DNA of 64,000 nt, taken from the IMG/VR virus record IMGVR_UViG_3300025849_000012; one strand, written 5' to 3'. This DNA is from an uncultured virus (IMG/VR IMGVR_UViG_3300025849_000012). Lineage: Duplodnaviria > Heunggongvirae > Uroviricota > Caudoviricetes. The notes under the pieces were generated by a model that saw only the letters and a list, made by a program, of their open reading frames with translations, did not search any database and had not been told where the DNA came from. Shown here piece by piece: positions 52,601 through 61,200 of the stretch. Both the position numbers and the translations under genes were made by a program. How positions within the stretch are numbered: the first letter of the stretch is position 1; each line of letters opens with the position of its first letter.

Positions 52601-52665
52601 GACCATTCACTTCATCAGTTAGAAAACTTGCAAGACGTGCATCGAACAGTAGGGCAGCTCTATAA
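40615..52665 (+). CDS. giant (4016 aa) repeat-rich probable virion protein: beta-solenoid, pectate-lyase-like region, ~12 phycobiliprotein-like helical repeats and 12 His/Cys beta repeats
   Basis: Late promoter and structural-module context; IHVDPEGNDD..GS..PVRTLKRA; recurring KCxRDxG.I.DA and TPT.ATYDP.TG...HTFVSA motifs. Confidence 0.75.
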   Translation: MSLISELGPITGANTRSEDLFVIVNLIQGDDGTKNITRKELVQALQFEIFNNIKITGGSIQNVVMSVSTLNDVEINDSTISNGTMTGTALSEVSIEESTANNMTMTNSVITDSEFNDGTGNNVVLTNSTIDDSTILNSSANNMAIDNSDFSNGTGNNNIFTNSQVDNSSFANVAIEQGTANGLILTNITIDEIVLEDALMSNSVIITTDFSNGTIRDTAVSNVTIVDTDISNSDIRDTDLDNVTITNSRFANGLIWDTVTSNSSIIDSTANNIVITNSELNDSTANNVQITNSDFSDGTGNNNVFTNTTIQDGTLANNVITDSSFQGTLDNVTAQNMTITSSSTEGLGQQKSVIENSEFKDGVVSNSTIEESTFVDFDMNITKQFEPMLDEDSYFALKNVKTGDTEKMTYRQLYNEFSKQTEKSLKIHVDPEGNDDYPGSVLQPVRTLKRASDLAIEKAGGNPNRNDINNAIHISCGPGTYYVDEPIVLPDDCAMTSTAGQYATVIQKKPGWEKTNGVLVGSGCYVQGFAYMNFEVDNFDQPEGGFAIAYRPGALLRRSPYIRDSSQLSNFNRLDVEPPLNPFNSKGTILDLGQEFYLVAGHSAQSQFEVNDEVTFSSGATGFISYIDDIDSARQIYVRNLKGNVEVGDVLYAQRGGTGTIESIGIDDFPNRLVGRGGGCLLADRAVLDTDSLYTYVLCFGFTPRTQNGTGYVAKNGAGVNGIGSLSIFTRQAFFALDGGQMTLNNSGSQFGDISMRARGSTVIIRPAEANASNLIANSAFADVLVEKADEIVDDMVYYLTANTTSGGLGYQGYNADKCFRDTGIIVDNTGYDIATKGNYWGRLNGISYRSPISYLVVDEQLTETTGSIEHLKGSIASSAGGIFANASTELTNRINTSLDETLNILQNGEAAANPIIFADTGKSDQTAAREIVQTNRDLIINDFVDWIDNNEEFYAYDSAKCERDVQEYILPAVKYDMLLGTNYNTENAGLAYYVNTARTSLENQRNETVASFKRLRKTTDELIQANSAPAATSAYSAFNNVIDTIAGSGDKYTPTKATYDPTTGMMVITIGAHDLTVGRYVNLAEESFTFTCSSDNFKTKISHPRKSEKAYLAALPIVAVSAKTITVNPGLTAANFEHRFVEASDNAVSVIGQLLTYSDDTGISVDKRNARKILQSNKEYIQDYMMEWADNEWYFYDSKKCHRDTEEYILPAVQRDLILGTNYNAIQTGAAYRTKSGEVSVTEQLEQTVGSIDYLKERAALFIGDNSIAIDRSNASFDEMSRLLNNNGKKYTPTNAVYDPATGSVVMTIGSNDFNIGDQIYIEPNSLVFTCALDNNTTEHSYPSTQFLNFTPTDASYDVATGEFSATIGTHTLKVGDKVEFKPSSIIFTCALDGDVTNHPAPESHHPFYKKQITIEKVDATKIYMNVGGIVDGGGAHTFVSASDNCIQAEKMHPAYKKPVTISARTSTSITVNVGESSDISAHTFVSATTNAIREAGMWTGKFTPQTATYSPVTGELEITIGQHDLPVGKWIQIAPESMVFSCDVGGVTGTDLSPLNDHPAYKEPVRVTGTTSDTITVNVGNAGGHANNHTFVSATPDSIDSNALFFSDSARVIKAFTPETATYDPVSGEMVITITDHGMGIGDHIELQPLSFAFSCAHNGGGTDYSPRIGDKAYQLPLEISAVTTNTITVNCGDAGTNTDPHTFVSADEGAVVQVGAKEQGTYASRILQKNKSYLQNEVKLWMENNYFVYDNAKCSRDTGLILDAVARDILTDSTVNAYYVGKGYTIGTVGANAVINEQLTQTVGAITWLKGKIATDVLVDATAITRSNAAFDTIIDIMSNGIGSAAAPIYGDLTISPEHRQAGKAIFTNKAFIQKEIIAFITAEYPNFVYNTAACERDMGIFVDLIAWDVQNGSNALSATNSKLYFENAIPVLDDEEVVPTSEAFFFASDLVGQIVRNEVVTPLQGAVTQTIVETTTYTPTTATYDPANGDFVMTMPGHTVSLNDRVTLEPNSFTFTCAMDGDDAAKTYPRAGLDPYALKTYLVKEVTSSTVTLDAAPSGPNKYFTPTSANYDAATGEMIVNVGQHGLRVGNGIVLENNSFTFTCDQDGNATQHTYPRVGDPLTGKSLSITAVGETQHTPTNAVHSPSSGDTTITVANHGFSNGDYVMIADYGLVYTCVLDGYTVEKGYPRATDFASNRWLEISDVTTDTFKLNVGPSPYNGAHIFVSATANSIRRQTGTMTFNVGDAGSASGSIHTFVSATANAMKHEPQTVHTFVSVTADAVNVANMAEAYTPTDVAYDHNSGVMTMTLGNHSFTEKDYVIFAENAITLSCPTSPTDATPINISHPRPTDPIYNKPVRIDSVTPTTITLQVGEARVDKVHSFVSALADGVRRSIKPAVAQHAEKLFHDVGSVIRENDGTIPAIVEPAFDTHTANYTLGSEFESIKGQAVKYQTEINEYISEQYNGLAYSLEKCPRDTGYIVDAISEDLEYGGDSATIFNARYYFEGAINVLPQYQREPTRLAFTHLASVMEKVVKNEVQEPIFGARFTPTGATYDPTTGIMVATIGTHTLTTDDYVWFKPSAITFSCDTGSGPTNHASPEAHHRFYNRACPIIGADATTITMWVGNAGAYTGAHTFVSALTDAISEIDGNIIYQDVSLQAADTATGTIASDLAMVIANIVDDRLVIPDYRGSLDISQRTPKALPTENLLTKPKMDPARTFARKSLQWNRTFIQEEIIQFVRDNNYTFDEAKCARDAGFIIDAVRRDVQTGSTYNGKYIGKSYRIGTVGADKVIEDQLAETIEGIRYVQKDIEAQLSGVALTRAQDSFNNIITSMINDYTPDGTNYNYGVGQISDNHVFARQALQLNREFLKEEATAWVNANYGGLSYDVNKCKRDTGIMVDAVSYDTQHESNTAMLDVAKLYFENGLSTLSSAQRAPTAALYTHLSSVASQIVLKQTVSRSAGNTVTQNTSFGVVTAPIAQHITSLWKIVGDLIADDSLINMPDVIEIPTNTVGAENYLYDPSATLIAGRKDNLQGTITQYLRDNFDYLEYDEARCRRDTGYIVDAISHDIQYGGNSAMHGTAELYFKNAVNILPIDQRQSTREAFEYLGKVVRWVTRNEMVPRKEGRKFTPTTATYDPDTGVFTATMANHNLKVGDYVMIAPNSINFTCALDGNQHLHPAPEAHHPYYNAPMKITARTGTTITMNVGKVPYGKGGGAHTFVSATLNAITHITGNTVRQEMNFRAARRTIADEAKSLATMLAKVSDDNSPANIPSRIDPDLTWIQSDLLVAKNVVDDNTIQMAKDLQVHIATEYNGISYSKEKCRRDVGVMIDAISHDVNYTTNYAMIMTAGLYFEGAHSILPADQRQQTAHFFTEMAGVVKSIVQNQTAYQRGFTSTDATYDADTGYFTATIDADHGLEIGDYVSFEPLSFTFSCDTGAGPTDHAVPESHHPYYDTPCPILHVNGNVITMWVGPAATYSGAHTFVSATEGGLKKAVKTWTTQDTTITAATSVEGEEVADLVRIVEDAIRRDNIDGLPDIIEPNLSWVDAGKIEASQIIDDNLDELADDVTKFLKDTFTIIDYSKAKCRRDAGYIIDAMSWDLNYGGNLATRWNADFYYWNNELRIPEDTRVATAKAYRQLGYIVSQIVIGKHPNQAIRSELGTTKQEAQAIKLGDILHNVMFYDTPKSLGPIEEPNFAWEETKEFSFAKDILDNNRGKLQREVQRHITSTYKFIDLPKTYRDGGNFLKVLQNDFKGRVIDPVVGTVGSDKGSRSFVGALFNIDAQHVFPVFNPPSDYVDWRRLRFKGTTNTVPSLQDFNSTSKKWDARIVSTNNNGNRYAGNIYVYNGASVWTLITEGPNNTDLLDSFTGAWSRMKTYINNNIAPDVDHSTMVTELIDNLIIDSVIRPNFLTFGSLVESIAHQFNGASAGVNRNALPLNFRNVGAAIGANASVLSEGGGRIRWSGSDELNNQYFARGLKINGRTGRIEGRPFTSSVRKLARRASNSRAAL

Positions 52666-53087
52666 TGACAATTTACACAATAGCAACATCACAGGCGCCA
52701 GATGCAAAACCGGTCGCCAAATCTTTTACATTGTCTACTAATTGGCAGACGATGATTGAAGTACCAAACTATGAAGTTCCGGAGCTAGTCTTCGGTGGTT
52801 CAACAACAGTAGAACCAGGCGTAGGTGAAGTTATTTCGCCACTCATTCTATGTAACATTACAGCTAATACAGTTCAGGTTGATGTAAGGGCTCACAGAGA
52901 AGACGTTAACGCAGAATTTTATTTAATTAGAAATTTACAAATTCCAGGATATGATACTATTCCATTACCACTTAATGGTCAGTTCTTTAAATCAGGTGAT
53001 TTGTTAGAATTAAAATGTGATACAAACTTGGCAGTACATGCAACATTATCCTTTACACTCGGTCAATCTGAGGAGGACGATGTATAA
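52665..53087 (+). CDS. small beta-rich structural protein
   Basis: TAATG-coupled to the giant gene; LCNIT, IPGYDT, GDLLEL. Confidence 0.65.
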   Translation: MTIYTIATSQAPDAKPVAKSFTLSTNWQTMIEVPNYEVPELVFGGSTTVEPGVGEVISPLILCNITANTVQVDVRAHREDVNAEFYLIRNLQIPGYDTIPLPLNGQFFKSGDLLELKCDTNLAVHATLSFTLGQSEEDDV

Positions 53088-56000
53088 TGGCTTTTAAATC
53101 AATTAGCGGTTCACGAATAATTGGACAGGGTACGCCTCAAGCTGTACCTATTCAATTAGATCCATCCCCGTATAAAGGTGCTATTGCTTATGGCTCCGAC
53201 GGGTTAATTTATGTTTCTAATGGAACAGCATGGAACGCAGTTGGTTCAGGTACTCAAGGTACCACGGGTTTACAAGGCGATACAGGTTTACAAGGTACTC
53301 AAGGTACATATGGTCCAGGATTTAATGTTATTGGTTCTGTTACAGACGTTGATGCTGGCGGAGACCAACAAGCAACTCTTAATACAGCATTCCCATCGGC
53401 TACAACCGGTCAAGGTGTTATTGATAATGCCGATGATGAGTTATGGGTATATGATGGAGCTGTATGGGTAAACGTTGGATCATTTAGAGGTATCCAAGGT
53501 GTTCAAGGTACATTAGGTAACCAAGGTACGCAAGGTACTATTGGTGAAGAAGGTATCCAAGGCTCTCGTGGTTTCCGTGGTTATCAAGGTACGCAAGGTG
53601 TTCAAGGTACAGTCGGTATTCAAGGTACGCAAGGTATCCAAGGACCACAAGGTACACAGGGAATTCAAGGTGTCCAAGGAGTTCAGGGAACTCAAGGAGT
53701 ACAAGGGTTATTAGGTAACCAAGGTACACAGGGACCGCAATCTATTCAAGGTACTACTGGTATTCAAGGTGACTTAGGTTTCCAAGGGTTCTCTGGTGAT
53801 GATGCCGGTCATGTAGTAGAATTTAGAATTAAAGATGAAATAGTACAAGCCGATCCAACTACCGGTGAAATGATTATGAATGGCGCTGCTAATCCAGCAG
53901 ACGATTTTTCCGGCGTTACAAGAATTTGGATTGATGACGAAGCATTCTATAGTGTAAACCTTGAAGGTTTATACACAGCAATCGCCGCATCATCTTCCAC
54001 AAACAAAGCTTATATGAAGATTACTCTTCGCAACAATCCTGATGATTATGTTATATTCTCAGTTCAGGCAGCTACTGACCAAACAGGTTATTGGCAATTA
54101 GATGTTACTTATGTAGCAGGCGAAGGCATTAAGAGCGATTTTGTTCAATTAGATACACCAACTCCGGGTACAACACAACGTTTACCGGTATTAGTTGCGT
54201 TTAGTATGTCTGGCGACAGAGGTTTCCAAGGTATTCAAGGTACTCAAGGAATTCAAGGTGTCCAAGGAGTACAGGGTCTATTAGGTAACCAAGGTACGCA
54301 AGGACCACAGTCAATACAAGGTACTGATGGTATTCAAGGTATACAAGGACAAAAAGGTATACAAGGTACTCAAGGAGTACAGGGCTTACAAGGTATTCAA
54401 GGTACTCAATCAGTTCAAGGTATCCAAGGTTTACAAGGACTACAAGGTGGAACTGGTGTACAAGGTATTCAAGGTACTCAATCAGTTCAAGGTATTCAAG
54501 GCTTACAAGGTGGAGAAGGTTTACAAGGTTATCAAGGTACACAAGGCGACCAAGGTACTCAAGGAGTTCAAGGTGCTGTTGGATATTATGGTGGTTTAAC
54601 TTATGAGTGGGAATATCTTAATAACTCAACTCCATCAACATTCCCAGGAACTAGTAAATGGAAAATAAACAACGCTGATGTTTCGTTAGCAACTGTTTTA
54701 ACACTTGACGATATTCCTTTAAATAATTATACAAACGACGTTGATGGAATGTTTGATTGGTTAGCAGCTATTCCAAACGGTTCAGGCTCAAAAGGTTTAA
54801 TTATTGTTGAATCGTTCGACGACGGAAATGGTCCAGGTGGTCACCATCAAGTAGTATATGAGTTTACAGACTTTACATGGGACGGCGTAGGACAAACATT
54901 TGGTTGGTTCGACGTTACTTATGTTGGTTCATATGGATTGCCAAACAATTCATGGCAAACAGATGTTATTGATACATTACACCCTGCTAAGACATTAATT
55001 AACTTTGTTCCTCGTGGTTCGGCTGGTACTCAAGGTACTCAAGGCGTTCAAGGCCTGCAAGGTGTACAAGGATTGCAAGGGCTGCAAGGTACTCAAGGAC
55101 CACAGTCAATCCAAGGTACTACTGGTATCCAAGGTGCTCAAGGTCTACAAGGACAAGAAGGCGCACGTACGTTTATCGTAACAAATAATGGCACAAGTGA
55201 TTATCTAATTGATGGTGTAGCTGATCCAACAATTCACCTTATCCGTGGATTTACTTATATCTTTGATGTAAGCGCGGCAGGTCACCCATTTGAAATTAGA
55301 GTTGCTCAAGGTGGAGCTGCTTATAATACTGGTGTAACAGGTAACGCGTCAGCAAGTGGTTTAATTATATTCCGAGTACCATTCGATGCTCCTGCATCAC
55401 TTTATTACCAATGTACAGTACATGCTAGTATGGGTGGCGATATTGTTACTTCTGATCTTGGTCCACAAGGTACGCAAGGAGTTCAAGGTGTCCAAGGAGT
55501 ACAGGGTATTCAAGGATTACTAGGTAATCAAGGTACACAAGGTCCACAGTCAATTCAAGGTACTGACGGCTTCCAAGGTGATTTAGGTTTCCAAGGTGTT
55601 CAAGGTTTCCCAGGACTACTCGGTCCGCAGGGTACTCAAGGTACTGACGGTCTACAAGGTGGATCAGGTGTTCAAGGTCAAACTGGTTCATTCGGTGGTG
55701 TTACTTTTGATTACACATTCAGCACAAATACTGCTACATCGGATCCAGGGGTTGGTACACTTAAGTTTAACAATGCATCGTTTAGTTCTGCAGGTAACCT
55801 GTATATGGACGATAGAGATGATAACTTTACGGACATTCAACCATTCCTTAGAACTATTGATGACTCAACAAGCCCTATCAAAGGTCACTTTAAGTTATCT
55901 GAAAATGGTGCTCCGGAAAACTTTGCGGTATTTACTATCACTAGTGTTCAGGAAGTCGCAGGTTACTTTAACATAATATGTTCATATGTAAATGGTTCAG

Positions 56001-57787
56001 TTACAAGTATGACTGATGGACTTGATGTTGTAATTACCTTTGCAAGAACTGGTGACTTAGGTGCTACTGGTTCACAAGGTACTACTGGTATCCAAGGTGA
56101 TACTGGTATTCAAGGTTTAGACGGTGGAATTGGTACAGTTGGTGCTCAAGGTACTCAAGGATTACAAGGACTTCAAGGTTTAGATGGTGTTGGTGCTCAA
56201 GGTGCTACCGGTTTCCAAGGAGCAACTGGTCCTCAAGGTACTGATGGTGAACAAGGTGATGAAGGTGAAGTTGGTGGCGACGGACCACAGGGTGTACAAG
56301 GTAGCTTTGGTTTACAAGGTGGCGATGGCTTCCAAGGTATGCAGGGTTTCCAAGGTCCACAAGGTATTGGTGCTCCGGGCGCAGCAGGTTTCCAAGGTAA
56401 CGATGGTTTCCAAGGTGTTCAAGGTCCTCAGGCTTCTCAAGGTATTCAAGGTGTTACAGGTCCAATAGGATTTGGTACTCAAGGTGTACAAGGTATGCAA
56501 GGCTTCCAAGGATCCGAAGGTTTCCAAGGATTTGGTGGTAACCAAGGTACTGCAGGTGAAGGTAATCAAGGTGCCCAAGGTGGTAATGGTTTCCAAGGCT
56601 TCCAAGGTGGATTAGGTTTCCAAGGACCAAACGGTTCTGGACAACAAGGTGTTCAAGGTTTCCAAGGTGCGGCTGGTATCGGTGATACTGGTCTGCAAGG
56701 TGATAATGGTCCATCTGGTCCGCAGGGTATTTCTGGTGAATCAGGTGAAGGCGGTGTCCAAGGTTATGAAGGTTTCCAAGGACAACAAGGTGTTCAAGGT
56801 GAAGCTGGTTCAGTTGGTGGATCTGGTACTCAAGGTTTCCAAGGTGCTCAAGGCTTTAACGGTTGGCAAGGTGTACAAGGTGAAACCGGGTTTGGTGCAC
56901 AGGGTAGCCAAGGTACTCAAGGTATACAAGGTGATTTAGGTTTCCAAGGTTCTATCGGTGCTGGTGTTCAAGGTCCACAAGGTACTACTGGTATCCAAGG
57001 GGATTACGGTTTCCAAGGTTTACAAGGTGTTCAGGGCCCAGGTAACGAAGGTGGTGTTGGTAACTTACAAAACATCCACACATCTCCATTACAGGATACT
57101 GCGTTATTCATTCCATTCTTTGAAGCTGGTGCAGACCAACGACCATTGATGGCCACATTAGGACCTAACCCAGGTGGTGAACAAAACTTCTTCTATACAT
57201 CTGGAGATGATGAACTTAGTTTAGAAAACATGGATGTTAACGGCAACATGACTGTTGGTGGTACATTAACCGCAGGCAATCTTACAGGTATTACATCTGA
57301 TTTGAATTTGCCACCTGATGTATACATGGGTTTCGGTACTAACAATGATATGAAGCTTGGTTTTGAATCAGGTACTGGTGCATTCTTAATGGATGCTGAT
57401 ACCACTTCAGCAACTTCAATTAGAATTGAAGAAAGAGCAGGCGGTACTGCGGTATTTACTTTTGATACAACAAGCGGTGAATTTACTGCAACAGGTGATA
57501 TTACTACAAACTCTGATGAAAGACTTAAAGAAAATGTTGTTACTGTTGATAACGCGCTTTCAAAAGTTACAGACTTGCGTGGTGTATATTTCAATAAGAA
57601 AACAAATCCTGCTGATAGAAAAATTGGACTAATTGCTCAAGAAGTTGAAAGAGTTATTCCCGAAGTTGTGATTGAAGATAAAACTGAAGATAAGATTAAA
57701 TCAGTCGCATATGCCTCGTTAATTGGACTGTTAGTCGAAGCTATTAAAGATTTAAAAGATGAGGTTGACGAAATTAAAGGTCAATAA
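53087..57787 (+). CDS. collagen-like (Gly-X-Gln) fibre with globular inserts, a cupredoxin-like domain and an S74 chaperone
   Basis: Several hundred residues of G-x-Q triplets; GHPF..YYQCTVHASM; SDERLKENV...IGLIAQEVE...LLVEAIKDL. Confidence 0.82.
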   Translation: MAFKSISGSRIIGQGTPQAVPIQLDPSPYKGAIAYGSDGLIYVSNGTAWNAVGSGTQGTTGLQGDTGLQGTQGTYGPGFNVIGSVTDVDAGGDQQATLNTAFPSATTGQGVIDNADDELWVYDGAVWVNVGSFRGIQGVQGTLGNQGTQGTIGEEGIQGSRGFRGYQGTQGVQGTVGIQGTQGIQGPQGTQGIQGVQGVQGTQGVQGLLGNQGTQGPQSIQGTTGIQGDLGFQGFSGDDAGHVVEFRIKDEIVQADPTTGEMIMNGAANPADDFSGVTRIWIDDEAFYSVNLEGLYTAIAASSSTNKAYMKITLRNNPDDYVIFSVQAATDQTGYWQLDVTYVAGEGIKSDFVQLDTPTPGTTQRLPVLVAFSMSGDRGFQGIQGTQGIQGVQGVQGLLGNQGTQGPQSIQGTDGIQGIQGQKGIQGTQGVQGLQGIQGTQSVQGIQGLQGLQGGTGVQGIQGTQSVQGIQGLQGGEGLQGYQGTQGDQGTQGVQGAVGYYGGLTYEWEYLNNSTPSTFPGTSKWKINNADVSLATVLTLDDIPLNNYTNDVDGMFDWLAAIPNGSGSKGLIIVESFDDGNGPGGHHQVVYEFTDFTWDGVGQTFGWFDVTYVGSYGLPNNSWQTDVIDTLHPAKTLINFVPRGSAGTQGTQGVQGLQGVQGLQGLQGTQGPQSIQGTTGIQGAQGLQGQEGARTFIVTNNGTSDYLIDGVADPTIHLIRGFTYIFDVSAAGHPFEIRVAQGGAAYNTGVTGNASASGLIIFRVPFDAPASLYYQCTVHASMGGDIVTSDLGPQGTQGVQGVQGVQGIQGLLGNQGTQGPQSIQGTDGFQGDLGFQGVQGFPGLLGPQGTQGTDGLQGGSGVQGQTGSFGGVTFDYTFSTNTATSDPGVGTLKFNNASFSSAGNLYMDDRDDNFTDIQPFLRTIDDSTSPIKGHFKLSENGAPENFAVFTITSVQEVAGYFNIICSYVNGSVTSMTDGLDVVITFARTGDLGATGSQGTTGIQGDTGIQGLDGGIGTVGAQGTQGLQGLQGLDGVGAQGATGFQGATGPQGTDGEQGDEGEVGGDGPQGVQGSFGLQGGDGFQGMQGFQGPQGIGAPGAAGFQGNDGFQGVQGPQASQGIQGVTGPIGFGTQGVQGMQGFQGSEGFQGFGGNQGTAGEGNQGAQGGNGFQGFQGGLGFQGPNGSGQQGVQGFQGAAGIGDTGLQGDNGPSGPQGISGESGEGGVQGYEGFQGQQGVQGEAGSVGGSGTQGFQGAQGFNGWQGVQGETGFGAQGSQGTQGIQGDLGFQGSIGAGVQGPQGTTGIQGDYGFQGLQGVQGPGNEGGVGNLQNIHTSPLQDTALFIPFFEAGADQRPLMATLGPNPGGEQNFFYTSGDDELSLENMDVNGNMTVGGTLTAGNLTGITSDLNLPPDVYMGFGTNNDMKLGFESGTGAFLMDADTTSATSIRIEERAGGTAVFTFDTTSGEFTATGDITTNSDERLKENVVTVDNALSKVTDLRGVYFNKKTNPADRKIGLIAQEVERVIPEVVIEDKTEDKIKSVAYASLIGLLVEAIKDLKDEVDEIKGQ
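53488..57045 (+). repeat. 9-bp-period collagen coding repeats (CAAGGN core) in several blocks
   Basis: Blocks at about 53490-53790, 54220-54575, 55020-55160, 55460-55690 and 56060-57045; a QGVQG..GLLGNQGTQGPQSIQGT unit recurs three times. Confidence 0.85.
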
Positions 57788-57813
57788 TTCTTGCAAATCC
57801 AACCATTATAAGT

Positions 57814-57847
57814 GAGGGGGTCAAGCGATTGTATCCCCTTATTTTTT
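57814..57847 (+). terminator. probable terminator after the collagen fibre gene
   Basis: GAGGGG..CAA-GCGA-TTG..CCCCTT followed by ATTTTTT. Confidence 0.55.
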
Positions 57848-57854
57848 ATAAATA
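57847..57854 (+). promoter_or_regulatory. T4-type late promoter
   Basis: TATAAATA immediately after the terminator. Confidence 0.7.
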
Positions 57855-57880
57855 GATAAAAGTAATAAAGAGATGAAAAG

Positions 57881-58207
57881 ATGGGATCCAAAGCAAATAT
57901 CTATATAGATCAAGGTACTGATTTTCGTATCACGTTGGAAATGTTCGACGGAGACGATGACGATTTGGTAATAAACACATTTAGTTTTTTCGCAGATTTA
58001 CGAAAAATGTATTCATCAAAACGTGCAGCTGAATTTGTTGTAGAAAAAAACGAAAATGACATTACACTAGTTTTAGAGGCCGATGTTACAGCCAACCTAA
58101 GACCAGGAAAATACGAATACGATGTTTTAATGAGGAAATCCAGTGGTGAGATGTCAAAGATTGTTGAAGGTCTAGCAATCGTTATACCAACAATCACGGA
58201 GGTTTAA
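57881..58207 (+). CDS. small Ig-like structural/adaptor protein
   Basis: ANIYIDQGTDF, LRKMYSS, TANLRPGKYEYDV, IVEG...PTIT; typical small ORF preceding fibre genes. Confidence 0.65.
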   Translation: MGSKANIYIDQGTDFRITLEMFDGDDDDLVINTFSFFADLRKMYSSKRAAEFVVEKNENDITLVLEADVTANLRPGKYEYDVLMRKSSGEMSKIVEGLAIVIPTITEV

Positions 58208-58210
58208 CCA

Positions 58211-61200
58211 GTGAGCATTAAAGTAAAAGTAGGTCAGTCCAATAAGATTAGGATTGTCGCCGCTGCTGAGAAAAAACCACTCATTACACCAGATTCCATT
58301 ACGCTTGGAATTGATACAGTTGGTCAATATGTTGCAAAGATTGATGCAGGTTCAGGTATTATTGTTACACCTGAACTTAATACAGAGAATGCAAATCTTG
58401 TTATATCTCACGCAGCTACATCAACGGAAATAAGTTCTAATAATGCCGGTTTAGTATTTGCTGGCAATATTGATTTAGACCAATATGGTCACATTACTCA
58501 ATTTAATAATCGTTCGTTTAGCGAAGACAACTTTGCTTATTCTAATAACGTAATTTCAACTAACGATATTACACTTGGTACAACAGCCTTAACTCTTGGT
58601 GAGTCTTCAAACAATATCGTTGGACTTACAACATTTGAAGCAGGCGGTGTTGAATTATTTGATGGTACATTTACTGCGAATGCCAACATAACATTTGACC
58701 CAGGTTCTAATAACGTTGTGGATATGTCTTTCCATAGAGTTTCTGGTATACTTGATCCTGTTGATGGATTTGACGCTATTAACAAAACGTATCTTGAGTT
58801 TGAATTAGATCGTGTTGAAACAACGATTAAAGTTTTTGACGATCCTATTATCGCAACTGATGCTACAAATAAAAGATATGTTGATAATTTAGTACAGGGT
58901 TTCGTGGTTAGACCACAAGCTCTTGCCGCAACGACAGAAGATTTAGGTGCCACGTTTGAAACAGGTAACTCAACTGTACGTGATACTCTTACCATTCCAC
59001 CAGTTAACTTTTTATATATTGATGATGTTACTACTTGGACGTTAGGTAAAAACCTTCTCGTTAAAGACCAAACTGATAAAACACAAAACGGTTCTTATGA
59101 TGTAATCCAAGTTGGTTCTGCCAATACTGAATGGATATTCCAAAGAGCTGATTTCAATACAAGCGAACAACTTCCGGGTTCATATGAATTTGTTACTGAC
59201 GGTACAATCAATGGTGGTACAGGTTGGGTTTCTACAGTTCTTGATGCTGCTAACTTTAACCTTAATACAGACCCTGTTGAATGGGCTCAGTTCCAAGGTG
59301 AAGGTACATTTACAGCAGGTGCTGGTTTAGTCCTTAACGGAACTCAATTTAGTGTAAACGAAACTCTTCCATTAAATCAGATTAATCCAGTAGGTGATGA
59401 TTTAATAATCTCAGGAACAAGCGCAGTTCGTTTACCACAAGGTACAACACTAGAAAGACCAACTGAAGCAACTGGTCAAATTCGCTTTAATACTCAGGAT
59501 AGCCAATTCGAAGGTTATGATGGAGTTGCATGGGCAGGATTAGGTGGTACTGTTGATGTTGACCAAGATACAAAGGTTATAGCAGAGAATAGTCCAGGAT
59601 CTGACGACGATCAATTACAATTCTTTACTGGCGGTTCTAGAGTTGCTATGATGAATGCAAATAATGTTACCACTTTCTATGGTGATGTTAATGTTCCGGT
59701 CATATCAACCTCTTTAAGACCAAATACAACTGGTTCTTTAACTCTTGGTGCTCCAAATTATAACTTTGATAAAGTCTTTACAGGTAAGCTTGGTTCAGAT
59801 GACGAGTTAATTAGAATTGATACTAATGGCGCGTTGGTTATGCCAAAAGGTACGACTGCTGAAAGACCAGTTGGTATCGTTGGTGGATTACGCTATAATA
59901 CTGAAGATGCTCGGTTTGAAGGTTACGATGGTACTGCTTGGGCTGGTCTTGCTGGCTCAGTTATGGATCTCGACAGAAATACATATATCATTGCTGAAAC
60001 CGCGGCAGGTGTTGATAATAACGATTTAGATTTCTATACTGCCAATACTCAAAGAATGCAAATTGATGAGCTTGGTAATTTAAACTTTGGTCAAAATCTT
60101 AATCAAATTGTACTTAATTATAACACAGGTAATTTAGAAGTCAATACCAAAATTGTTTCAAATGCTAATTTAGTACTTGATCCTACTGGTAATATTGACG
60201 CTGCAAACAATACAATTACTAATGTTGCTGACCCAGTTAATCTTAGTGATGTTGTTACTCTTAATTATCTTGGCGGCCAGTTCTCATCTAAACTACAGAT
60301 TGAAGACGGTGCCAATTCACACTTAACAGATATTGACTTACTACAAAATCCAACATTAAATCTTGGTCGTGGTTTAGAACTTCAGGATATTGATAGTGCA
60401 AACAACGAATTAAAAATTGGACTTGATGTTACTGGCGTTTCTGCTGAAATGTATGGTACTGATGGATTTACTCCTCGTATACGTATTACTGAAGATGGTA
60501 GAATTGATTTTGCTACAGACATTCCATTAGAATTACAAGCTAACGCGATTCCAAACTTTACTGAAACATCACGTGATATTATTGGTTTGATGTTTACAGA
60601 TGGTAATGCAAATGGTGCAGGTGTATTTGCCGTAAACGATGATGCCAACGATGTAATGAATCTCTTTGCAGATAACTTCACTATTACACTGGGTGGAGAC
60701 CTTGATGGTTCGGCACAAGTTACAAGACTTACAGATACAACTATTGATGCTGATATTACTACACAGTTCGTAAGGTTTATTTACCCAGACGGAATTACAT
60801 CTGGTGTTACAGTTAACCAAGAGTTTATTGGTACAGGAGCTAACGCAAACGTTGCGATTGGTTTAGATTATAGCCATCTTGATACGGTTTATGCCACGCT
60901 TGATGGTTCAACATTCACTGGTAACGTATTTGCTCCGAGATATTTTGACTCAGACAATAATAACTACTATGGCGATTTTGCTGGAGAAACAAGACTTAAT
61001 GGATTAAGAGTTGGTTTTGGTTTAACATCATCACAAATTGGTTTTGCTGACGGTCCCGGATCTCAGTCAACGCTATTTGCTGGGCAAGGTCGAATTGGTT
61101 TCCTTGATAATACATTTAACTTTGGTGCTTATTCCGAAAGGTCAACTGGTAATTGGTATGTAGCAAATGATGTACATGCAGAAAGATTTGTTGATACAGA

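Noticed and set aside
40794..52610. Numerous minus-strand and alternative-frame ORFs inside the giant gene
   Set aside because: Expected by-products of codon bias in a long ORF; none has an RBS or motif support.
53488..57045. Regular short DNA repeats resembling a CRISPR array or satellite
   Set aside because: The 9-bp period is explained by Gly-X-Gln codons; there are no constant repeats with unique spacers and no cas genes.
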